Shown here one piece after another: positions 9,235 to 17,095 of a stretch of 64,000 nucleotides of DNA; position 1 is the stretch's first letter; each line of letters begins with the position of its first letter. The stretch comes from Candidatus Poribacteria bacterium. GTDB taxonomy: Bacteria > Poribacteria > WGA-4E > WGA-3G. Under the pieces are notes generated by a model that did no database searches, was not told the DNA's origin, and was given only the letters and a program-made list of their open reading frames with translations. The position numbers and the translations under genes are program-made. The DNA lies in NCBI GenBank assembly GCA_009841255.1, contig VXMD01000038.1, positions 6,177 through 70,176 on the forward strand, read 5' to 3'.

Positions 9235-10488
9235 TTGAAACTATACGAAGGCATCTCAACAGGCCTCGCCTCCATTTTTCAGGAAAAACTTCGTTCGGCA
9301 CTCACAATGCTGGGTATCGTTATCGGTGTTGCGGCTGTCCTCGCAATGCTTGCTATCGGGGAAGGTGCGAAGCGTATCGTCACGCAAGAGTTTGAAAAGT
9401 TTGGCGGTCATTTTTTCGTCCGTCGGAATCCGTGGATATGGCGCGGCGACCGCGTATTTCCAAACCGCAGCGGCGAACACTTGAAATATGAAGATGTTTT
9501 AGCGATTGAAGCCGAATGTCCTGCTGTTGAATCTGTGATACCGAGTATTTCTAACGAAGTGCTGGCGCAGACTGAAGGGGGTGCAACAAAATGGACGGAG
9601 TATAATGGCGTCAATTCTTACTTCCCAATAGGGATGGCGTGGGAGATTCAGCAGGGACGTTTCTTTTCCGAGGATGAATTCAATAATCGACGAAAAGTCT
9701 GTGTGCTTGGCTTAGAAGTCGCGACGGAGTTGTTTGGGGATCAGCCTCCGATGGGCACAGAAATCAAGCTTTCGCTTCAAGGTGGAAGACCCGACCGTTT
9801 CCGCATCCTCGGCGTAATGGCGAAACGCGGCACAAGTCTTCAATACGGATTCAGTTGGGACGATGTTGTGTTTATACCTTTGACGACTGCCCAAGACAGA
9901 TTCAAAGGCAAACGCCACGTCAATTATCTTAACGTCAGGGCGGTGGACTCAGATTCCATTGAGAAAGCCGCTGAAGAAGTGACTGCCGTTCTAAAAAAAC
10001 GACATCGGAACCAAGACAATTTTTTCGATATTAGTTTCGCGACTGCGGCTGTCAAAGAACTGGATAAAATCAGTCGCATCATTAAAATCATGCTTAGCAG
10101 TATCGCCGGGTTTTCGCTGTTTGTCGGCAGTGTTGGCATTATGAATATGATGTTGGTTTCAGTGAACCAACGCACCCGTGAGATCGGAATCCGTCGAGCG
10201 ATTGGTGCGAAGCGGCGGGACATTTTCTTGCAGTTTTTGATTGAGGCGATCGTGATGTGCGGTATCGGCGGCTTATTCGGTATTGGACTGGGGATAGGCA
10301 CTGGGTATGTCTGTTCATACATTGCTGTCACAATCGTCAAAGTGATTCCGCAGTGGCCCGTCGTGATTTCACCATACTGGATGGTAGTTTCTGTTAGTAT
10401 CTCCGCTGGTATCGGTATTCTGTTTGGACTCTATCCTGCGATCCGCGCCTCACACATCTCGCCAATTGAGGCACTGAGAACGCAATAA
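9235..10488 (+). CDS. ABC transporter permease, MacB/FtsX family (MacB_PCD periplasmic domain plus FtsX 4-TM domain).
   Basis: TTG start with GGAGAGG RBS. N-terminus LASIFQEKLRSALTMLGIVIGVAAVLAMLAIGEGAK and C-terminal FtsX-like TM bundle are typical of MacB/LolE/DevC. No fused NBD. Confidence 0.8.
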   Translation: MKLYEGISTGLASIFQEKLRSALTMLGIVIGVAAVLAMLAIGEGAKRIVTQEFEKFGGHFFVRRNPWIWRGDRVFPNRSGEHLKYEDVLAIEAECPAVESVIPSISNEVLAQTEGGATKWTEYNGVNSYFPIGMAWEIQQGRFFSEDEFNNRRKVCVLGLEVATELFGDQPPMGTEIKLSLQGGRPDRFRILGVMAKRGTSLQYGFSWDDVVFIPLTTAQDRFKGKRHVNYLNVRAVDSDSIEKAAEEVTAVLKKRHRNQDNFFDISFATAAVKELDKISRIIKIMLSSIAGFSLFVGSVGIMNMMLVSVNQRTREIGIRRAIGAKRRDIFLQFLIEAIVMCGIGGLFGIGLGIGTGYVCSYIAVTIVKVIPQWPVVISPYWMVVSVSISAGIGILFGLYPAIRASHISPIEALRTQ

Positions 10489-10611
10489 AACCAAATTTCA
10501 CATCATTTGTCCCTCTGAAGTTCGACATAGCAAAGTAGCGGGGCTCTCCGCGCAATAGCGGTAGCATGATCTGTTACGCCGACTTAAATTTTCGCGTTAT
10601 TCCGAAAATAG

Positions 10612-10641
10612 TGCAACTTCTTGGAACCCAAAATCCGTCAC
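10612..10641 (+). promoter_or_regulatory. ECF-sigma-type promoter motif TGCAAC-N18-CGTCAC (copy A) upstream of the TlpA-like gene.
   Basis: GAAAATAGTGCAACTTCTTGGAACCCAAAATCCGTCACTTAAATTAA. Near-identical over ~48 nt to the copy at 12221-12268. Confidence 0.6.
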
Positions 10642-10718
10642 TTAAATTAACAGATATAAAATTTTACTCAAATTGCTACTTGCAAATTCAATGCAAGTTC
10701 TACTTTAAAGGGGAAAAA

Positions 10719-12122
10719 ATGCGCTTCGTAACGATTAACCTATTCCTTGTCTGTTTATTTCTGTTTGGCATCGGTCACCTCGCTTTTGGACATGATGAAA
10801 TTGAAACGGCTTCTGAATCACACGGTCCCTATATGGGCGACGCGTCTTGGGATGCCGCGCTTGAAACGTTCTATGAACTTCTCAAGACGGATCCAAAAGC
10901 GGCGCGCGTGGAACTCGAGAACGTTGCCAAAACGTTGTTCAACGAACATCCGCGGACAGAAGAGTGGGTGGAACTTTTTTACCAAGTCTTCTACCAAATC
11001 AGTCTAAAGGAAGCTCAAGAAAAAGAAACCGAGCCCCCCTGGCAGCTTATTTCGGAAATCAAACGTCTATATGAACTCGGACTCGAAATGCTAACTTCTA
11101 TGGATACAGAGAAGTACGCAAAGCAGATACAAGTTCACCAAGATGCCCTTGATTACTATACAGAACTCGCTGAATTCGCCGAGATTATGGGCGATAAATC
11201 ACTGAAATCTGAAGAGATCGCTCCGAACAAGCAGAACCACACTTCTCAATCTGAGTCAGCATTATCTGATGCGGAAGACCAAATCGCTCATCAGCAGTAT
11301 ATGGAGAAATTTTTCGAGTTGCTACCGACCGACCCAGAAGCCGCACGTCAGGAACTTGAAACCTATGCTGCAAAGTCATATCAGGGACATCCGCTTACAG
11401 AAGAATGGGTGGCACACTTTTTTCGTATGGGAAGTGACGGGGAAGCATCGGTTTCAGATATTACCCGTTTTATGGAAATGACAAAACAGATACGAACCGA
11501 TATGGATCCTGAAAAGTATGCTAAAGAAATCAAGGGATTAGAAGATAGTTTGACGCAACTGAAAATGGTTGCAACATTCTATGAACGCGACGGGATAACT
11601 GATGCAAAGATTCCATTCAACCCAAACGTAGGCGACAAGAAGCGTGAACAGAAAAGTGCTTCGGATGCCCCCAAGGTCTCCCATACTGAGAAAATCGGCA
11701 AACCTGCGATGGATTTTGAGGTAATAGACTTGAAGGGTCAGGAGCTCTCATTAAAGAAATACCGCGGACAGGTCGTGCTACTTGACTTCTGGGCGACATG
11801 GTGTTTTCCGTGTAGGGCAGAAATGCCGCATCTCAAAAGGGTTTATGATAAATACAAAGACCAAAAATTTGAGATTATTGGGATCAGTTTAGACCATGGA
11901 AGGGCAGTGCTTGATTCGTATGTTGAAAAACAGAATATCACCTGGCTTCAGTTTTTGGATGAGGGGGGTGCCGTTACACAAATGTATAACGTTAAAGGAA
12001 TTCCGGCGACCTTTCTGATTGATGGAGAAGGGATCGTTCGCAAAGTTGAACTCCGTGGGCGCGCGCTTGAGGCAGCTGTCGCGGAACTGGTGAAGGAGAA
12101 TCTGTCTCAGCAGACCAAATAG
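10719..12122 (+). CDS. TlpA/ResA-like periplasmic thiol-disulfide oxidoreductase (thioredoxin fold, WCFPC active site) with an N-terminal tandem-duplicated ~120-aa domain of unknown function.
   Basis: Signal peptide MRFVTINLFLVCLFLFGIGHLAFG. C-terminal LLDFWATWCFPCRAEMPHLKRVY...IIGISLD...GIPATFLIDGEGIV. Two N-terminal repeats share (DP)KAAR.ELE..A...(Q/N).HP.TEEWV and D.EKYAK(Q/E)I. Confidence 0.8.
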   Translation: MRFVTINLFLVCLFLFGIGHLAFGHDEIETASESHGPYMGDASWDAALETFYELLKTDPKAARVELENVAKTLFNEHPRTEEWVELFYQVFYQISLKEAQEKETEPPWQLISEIKRLYELGLEMLTSMDTEKYAKQIQVHQDALDYYTELAEFAEIMGDKSLKSEEIAPNKQNHTSQSESALSDAEDQIAHQQYMEKFFELLPTDPEAARQELETYAAKSYQGHPLTEEWVAHFFRMGSDGEASVSDITRFMEMTKQIRTDMDPEKYAKEIKGLEDSLTQLKMVATFYERDGITDAKIPFNPNVGDKKREQKSASDAPKVSHTEKIGKPAMDFEVIDLKGQELSLKKYRGQVVLLDFWATWCFPCRAEMPHLKRVYDKYKDQKFEIIGISLDHGRAVLDSYVEKQNITWLQFLDEGGAVTQMYNVKGIPATFLIDGEGIVRKVELRGRALEAAVAELVKENLSQQTK

Positions 12123-12130
12123 TTCTTGTA

Positions 12131-12161
12131 GGGAAATCGGGTTCTTGTGCCTCGGTTTCCC
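12131..12161 (+). terminator. Hairpin (GGGAAATCGG/CTCGGTTTCCC, 10-nt loop) immediately after the TlpA-like stop. Weak terminator candidate, no clean U-tract.
   Basis: Inverted repeat read from the sequence. Confidence 0.3.
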
Positions 12162-12229
12162 TATAAATCCAATTCGAAAGAATTTAGAAACCCACCAGAA
12201 ATTGATTTTTCACATTATTCTGAAAATGA

Positions 12230-12259
12230 TGCAACTTCTTAAAACCTAAAATCCGTCAC
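12230..12259 (+). promoter_or_regulatory. ECF-sigma-type promoter motif TGCAAC-N18-CGTCAC (copy B), 40 nt upstream of the ECF sigma-fusion gene. This is a putative autoregulatory promoter.
   Basis: GAAAATGATGCAACTTCTTAAAACCTAAAATCCGTCACTTAAGTTAA. Confidence 0.6.
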
Positions 12260-12298
12260 TTAAGTTAAAAGGTGTAATAATTCCGGAGGAGGCTGGTA

Positions 12299-15200
12299 GT
12301 GGAACACAGCGATGCTGAACTCATTCAACGGGTATTACAAGGCGATCAGGATGCGTTCGGTCCCTTAGTCGAAAAGTATCAGAAGGGAGTTCACGCGCTT
12401 GCTTGGCGAAAAATCGGCGATTTTCACATCGCACAAGAAATTGCGCAGGACGCGTTCTTCAAGGCATACCAGCAACTCGGAACCCTAAAAAACCATAACC
12501 AATTTGCGGGATGGCTGTATGTCATCGCGGCACACTTGTGTGCTGACTGGTTCCGAAAACATCGCCCACCGGAACAATCCTTAGAAGTTACTGATATGAG
12601 TGAGGTGAATGAAGTGTCATACTCTCGATACATCGCAGAAAAACAGGCAACCGAAGCCGATGAAGCGCGTCGTGAAGTCGTTAAGAAGCTGCTCCAGAAG
12701 TTACCAGAAAGCGAACGCACCGTGATGACGCTTTACTACCTCGGTGAAATGACGATCAAAGCCATTTCCGAGTTTCTCGGGGTCTCTCCGAACACCATCA
12801 AAAGCCGCCTGAGTCGCGCACGCGATCGTCTAAAGAAGGAAGAAGACCTGATTCGACAAAATCTCAGCAGTTTCCAACTGCCTGCTAACTTGACACAGGA
12901 TATCATGAACGAGATCTCACGTATCGTCCCTGCAGCACCCACTGCGAATAAACCTGTAGTGCCTTGGGTGTTTTCTGCGGCATCTGCTGTCTTAATTTTT
13001 CTTTTGATGGGGGTTGGCACACAATATCTCTCCCGTTTTCAGAAACCCTACGATTTGAACGCCACATCGGAACGAACAGTTGAACTCATTGAGGCGGTTT
13101 TGGTCTTAGATTCACCCACGAAACCTGCGGTGCGAAATCAGGCAGGAAGTTCATCGACGCCCGGTAGGAACCCGGGTGCAGGTCAGCAACCCGATGCGCG
13201 ACTTTTTGCCGCCGCACTTGTGGATGAAACCGAGGTTTCAACGCCAGAACCGCAGTGGATCCAAACGAAGGGACCCGCAGGCGGGCTTGTCAATACCCTC
13301 TTCACGACAAGGCGTGGAGACATTTACGCTGGAACTTCCACGAATTTTTACAAGATGGCAGACGACAGACATTCATGGAAACTCGTCATCGCTGGAGGTC
13401 CAACCTCACTCAGCCTGAAAGATTGGATAATGGGCGGCACACAACAAATGGCAGAGCGAGATGATACACTCTACGTTGCTATCAATGGAGAGGTATCGGC
13501 TTCTACAGATTATGGTGAGACATGGATGTCGCTCGATGCGCACCCAAAAGGACAACCCGTCGGGTTCGTCTTAACGGATGGGGTCCCTGGGGCAGAAGTC
13601 GACATGACCCTGAACCTTGCTCTCGTTGACGGTGTATTCCGTTCTGTGGACGCCGGCAAGTCGTGGATACCTCTGAACGATGGAAATTTGGCAGATCGAA
13701 AAATTCGTGCAATTGCCGCCGTTGAAAACACCCTGTTTGCTGGGACTGACAGTGGACTCTATCGACGCAACGAGGATACATGGGAAAGATTGACCATCCG
13801 TCCGGCAGAGACCTCCGAAAATCAATTCGCTATCCATGCCTTAGCCGTCGATGAACATCGTCTCTATGTTGCTGCGGGGGACGAACTCACAAATCAGAAT
13901 CAGCTTGGGATGCAATTTAGGGCTACGCTGACAGGAAGTGGCCAGTGGTCCCTTTACCGTTCAACCGATCGAGGCGATACATGGTATTCCATAGATCCAC
14001 GAAAAAGGCAAGAGCAGGAGGAAGAGAGACAACAGAGGGGACAATTTGGGGGAGGTTTCCCATTCCCTGGTGCAGAGGAAACAGAAATCTATATGCCCAG
14101 TGTCAAGCTCTTCGCGACGCCCGGTAGGATTGTCGTCGCAGATGCGTTTGGAGAACTTTTCTACTCCATGAATACTGGGGAAACCTGGACTGCTTTAGAT
14201 GTAAAGAGCGGGTCAGGTTACAACGTGCCGCCGCCTGTGCTGATGATGGACGAGAACACTTTCTACAAAGGAGGACCTTCTGGGGTTCAGACCACAATTG
14301 ATGGTGGCAAAACGTGGTCTGAGTTTAATAGCGGACTCGTGGGCACTCCCGTTCAGACGCTCATCGCTGTTAAGGGTGAGCTCTACGCAAATTCAACAAA
14401 TGGGTTTATCTCCTCAACGGATAGGGGTGAATCGTGGATGCCGCTTCCCAGTGAGATTGACCACGGTGTCATTATTGAGGCGTTTGACGATACTTTGTAT
14501 GTAAAGAGAGGGAATCACATGAATACCCCTTCACCTATAGCCCGTCTATCCACCGAGGACAATAGTCTAACGTTTATCCCCGGCATGCCTGCCTTTGAAA
14601 GCGTCACGTCACAAAATATGGACGAAGAAATGAACAAAATTATGATGGAAGCGTTTACCGACAAGGCTCAGCAAAGCCTTGAAAAAGGCGAGCCACCAAA
14701 TCCCGAGGATGTTGATTTTGACCAGTTAAATGAAGCCATGAATAAGGTTATGCAAGAACAAGCCTCGGCTGGTCTGCTGGCGTTTATTGGAAGATTTGCC
14801 GTGAGTGGCGATACCTACTATGTGGAATATGGGAAGGCGCTTTACAGATGGAAACCGGGTATGCGTGAATGGCACAACACGGGTTTAGTAGATCAAGGCG
14901 AAGACGCTTTTGCATCCCTATTCTCCGGTCCTTTTGATTATTCCACTGATGTCTCCACTTCTTATGATACCATTAATTCTAGCGGTTTCAAAATCGCCGT
15001 GTCGGACAGCACGGTTTACATCGGAAAACGGGAAGGGCACCTCTTTCAATCGTTTGATGAAGGGGACACATGGAACGATGTTACTGCAGATATCCCGTTC
15101 TCTTTTGAGAAATTCGATGCAATCGCTTTCGCAGGACCTACCGTCTACGTGGCAACCGACAAAGGCATTGCGTATTCGAGCGACGGCACGCACTGGCACG

Positions 15201-15433
15201 CCACAACCGATACCGAAGGGAGAACGCCTGTCATTTCCCGATTGGCAGTGGTAGGCACAACGGTATATGGGCAGACTGACCAACACGTGTATCTGTTGAA
15301 AGAGGGTTCTAATATATGGAAACAGGCAACACCCGAACTCCCAGGCTCGGTCATCTCTTTCGCTGTTGATGGCAACACACTGTATATCGGAACTGCGAAT
15401 CGTGGTGTCCTGCGTTTCACGCTTGATGAATAA
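12299..15433 (+). CDS. ECF (group IV) sigma-70 factor fused to a single TM helix and an ~800-aa extracytoplasmic BNR/Asp-box-repeat beta-propeller domain.
   Basis: GTG start with GGAGGA RBS. Sigma region 2: LIQRVLQGDQDAFGPLVEKYQKGVHALAWRKIGDFHIAQEIAQDAFFKAY. Sigma region 4: ERTVMTLYYLGEMTIKAISEFLGVSPNTIKSRLSRARDRL. TM helix VVPWVFSAASAVLIFLLMGVG. At least eight S-x-D-x-G-x-(T/S)-W Asp-boxes (STDYGETW, SVDAGKSW, STDRGDTW, SMNTGETW, TIDGGKTW, STDRGESW, SFDEGDTW, SSDGTHW). Confidence 0.85.
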   Translation: MEHSDAELIQRVLQGDQDAFGPLVEKYQKGVHALAWRKIGDFHIAQEIAQDAFFKAYQQLGTLKNHNQFAGWLYVIAAHLCADWFRKHRPPEQSLEVTDMSEVNEVSYSRYIAEKQATEADEARREVVKKLLQKLPESERTVMTLYYLGEMTIKAISEFLGVSPNTIKSRLSRARDRLKKEEDLIRQNLSSFQLPANLTQDIMNEISRIVPAAPTANKPVVPWVFSAASAVLIFLLMGVGTQYLSRFQKPYDLNATSERTVELIEAVLVLDSPTKPAVRNQAGSSSTPGRNPGAGQQPDARLFAAALVDETEVSTPEPQWIQTKGPAGGLVNTLFTTRRGDIYAGTSTNFYKMADDRHSWKLVIAGGPTSLSLKDWIMGGTQQMAERDDTLYVAINGEVSASTDYGETWMSLDAHPKGQPVGFVLTDGVPGAEVDMTLNLALVDGVFRSVDAGKSWIPLNDGNLADRKIRAIAAVENTLFAGTDSGLYRRNEDTWERLTIRPAETSENQFAIHALAVDEHRLYVAAGDELTNQNQLGMQFRATLTGSGQWSLYRSTDRGDTWYSIDPRKRQEQEEERQQRGQFGGGFPFPGAEETEIYMPSVKLFATPGRIVVADAFGELFYSMNTGETWTALDVKSGSGYNVPPPVLMMDENTFYKGGPSGVQTTIDGGKTWSEFNSGLVGTPVQTLIAVKGELYANSTNGFISSTDRGESWMPLPSEIDHGVIIEAFDDTLYVKRGNHMNTPSPIARLSTEDNSLTFIPGMPAFESVTSQNMDEEMNKIMMEAFTDKAQQSLEKGEPPNPEDVDFDQLNEAMNKVMQEQASAGLLAFIGRFAVSGDTYYVEYGKALYRWKPGMREWHNTGLVDQGEDAFASLFSGPFDYSTDVSTSYDTINSSGFKIAVSDSTVYIGKREGHLFQSFDEGDTWNDVTADIPFSFEKFDAIAFAGPTVYVATDKGIAYSSDGTHWHATTDTEGRTPVISRLAVVGTTVYGQTDQHVYLLKEGSNIWKQATPELPGSVISFAVDGNTLYIGTANRGVLRFTLDE

Positions 15434-15524
15434 GGTGGATAAGTGATGAGAGATATGAGTTATCACGCGCGAATCGTCAGTTTCGATGAATGAAGCAACC
15501 TGTAATTGCTAAGGAGGAACTAAA

Positions 15525-16094
15525 ATGATCCGATTTTTTATTTTTCTCACGTTTTTTGTCATCTTCACAGCTGGAAATACTGGCTGCGATCACGCCCCTG
15601 ATGGCGTGGATGAAGAAACGTCGGTCAGCACCGTCGAGAGGTTGAGTGAAGAAGACAAAGCAGCCCTTGCAAATAAGTTGAAATCTCTAGATTATCTGTT
15701 ATCTCGCCCACTCGAACAGCGAATAGCAAGGTCACAAGAATATGTGCGCAAGTATCTTGAACTCGAAGATAAAGACAGTGCGGAAGCATTAGAGACACTC
15801 ACAATGGCTTTGTATATCCACGCTAAGGGAGATCATCCTCTCTTGGAAGAATGGGTAGTTCTCGCACATAAGGTTTTCCGGGAAAAAGAAGCAACGGTGC
15901 CGGAGCTTCTGCGTGCGAAGCAGATAGAACTCCAAATCGCGCGCGATAACAATGAAAGTCGGAAGCATATTAAAGCTTTGGAAGAAGATGCTGAACTATT
16001 TGAACATCAGATTCAGGACCTTAAAGCACAGGGGGTAAACCCTCAAGAATTCAAAATTTCTGTAGAAGTCGAGGGTGATGAAGATGAAGAGTAA
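15525..16094 (+). CDS. Hypothetical lipoprotein carrying one copy of the 'EEWV' domain found duplicated in the TlpA-like protein. Acidic C-terminus.
   Basis: RBS AAGGAGGAAC. Signal plus Cys (FTAGNTGC). HPLLEEWVVLAHKVFREK resembles HPRTEEWVELFYQVF and HPLTEEWVAHFFRM in the 10719 protein. Confidence 0.6.
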   Translation: MIRFFIFLTFFVIFTAGNTGCDHAPDGVDEETSVSTVERLSEEDKAALANKLKSLDYLLSRPLEQRIARSQEYVRKYLELEDKDSAEALETLTMALYIHAKGDHPLLEEWVVLAHKVFREKEATVPELLRAKQIELQIARDNNESRKHIKALEEDAELFEHQIQDLKAQGVNPQEFKISVEVEGDEDEE

Positions 16095-16132
16095 CCCTAT
16101 TTTTTAGTGTTTCTAATGTGGAGGAAATTGAA

Positions 16133-16687
16133 ATGCGTCAGTTAAAAGGGTTATTTATCTGTTTGTCAGTTTTATTAACTGTATCGCTCATTTTTAAGTT
16201 TGGGTGTACCACCGAAGAATACGGTAAAACAGGATTTGATATTGTATTGGCAGTTACCGGCATGACACGAGTTACTTCTGCCTTCAGCGTTATGAACGCA
16301 TTGCAAAAGATTGATGCATTGGTTATTGATGATGCAACTTACAAGGTAATAGGAGCCACACTGCCGTTTGGTAGGGTGAAAAATGAGTCGCCAGTTACAA
16401 TAAAGTATCCTCATCACACTGAAAAGGTTAAGAATGAAATGACCGAGCCAGTTTTGGAAAACAAAATAGGCTGGAATCTGAAGCCTAATGAACCGAAATA
16501 CTTTATTGTTCAGGTAAGGGCACTCGCTGAGGCAGATCCCACTAATGATGTGAATGAAGTAATCTCAGAGCGTGTAAAAGCAGCTTTAATAGAAGTCGTC
16601 GAAAAAGTGGGGTTTGAAGCGCGTGTGGAGAGCATAGAAGCACTCGAAGCAACTTCTACGAAGCGTTACACATTCGGACCCAATTAG
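16133..16687 (+). CDS. Hypothetical lipoprotein (signal peptide, FKFGC lipobox-like).
   Basis: ATG at 16133 with GGAGGA 7 nt upstream. The ORF-track GTG at 16118 sits inside the RBS. Hydrophobic N-terminus LKGLFICLSVLLTVSLIFKFGC. Confidence 0.55.
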   Translation: MRQLKGLFICLSVLLTVSLIFKFGCTTEEYGKTGFDIVLAVTGMTRVTSAFSVMNALQKIDALVIDDATYKVIGATLPFGRVKNESPVTIKYPHHTEKVKNEMTEPVLENKIGWNLKPNEPKYFIVQVRALAEADPTNDVNEVISERVKAALIEVVEKVGFEARVESIEALEATSTKRYTFGPN

Positions 16688-16712
16688 CAATCCAAGAACT
16701 GTAGGCGTGCTT

Positions 16713-16743
16713 CCCGAGCACGCCTTTTTTATTCTGTAAACTC
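16713..16743 (+). terminator. Rho-independent terminator: AGGCGTGCT-tcccg-AGCACGCCT followed by TTTTTTATT.
   Basis: Perfect 9-bp stem, 5-nt loop and U-tract, 26 nt after the stop at 16687. Confidence 0.75.
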
Positions 16744-16807
16744 GCTTTGTAAACCCAGCGTTAAATCTTCTATACGAAATTTGACAATGAGACTTTAAGT
16801 TATTATA

Positions 16808-17048
16808 ATAACCCAAGTTACGACCTATTTATTCTCACTGCGAAGCAATAGCACCCCTACGGGGTGAAAAAGTGCATGAAAACCTTATTGAAATCCACAG
16901 AAATACCCAAGCAAGACCCCAATATTCATAGTGGGTTTCAGAATTACTGATACATTCTACATTGGCGACGTTAGGAAACCTCGATAGCGAGGCGGAAAGC
17001 GTGTCTATTTATTTTTGAATCCACCATAGTAATAGTAACTTGGGTTAT
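16808..17048. repeat. ~240-bp intergenic element bounded by perfect 14-bp inverted repeats ATAACCCAAGTTAC (16808-16821) and GTAACTTGGGTTAT (17035-17048). Candidate MITE or structured RNA.
   Basis: IRs read directly from the sequence. Internal hairpin CACCCC-tac-GGGGTG near 16852. Lies between the terminator at 16713 and the Omp85-like gene at 17096. Confidence 0.4.
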
Positions 17049-17095
17049 AACAGTCTTTAAAACCGCTGAAAACCAGATATGCCCAGAAAACAGAT

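Noticed and set aside
10566-10718. N-terminal extension of the TlpA-like ORF (start at 10566)
   Set aside because: The extension would overlap the ECF-type promoter motif and has no RBS. The ATG at 10719 is followed by a typical signal peptide.
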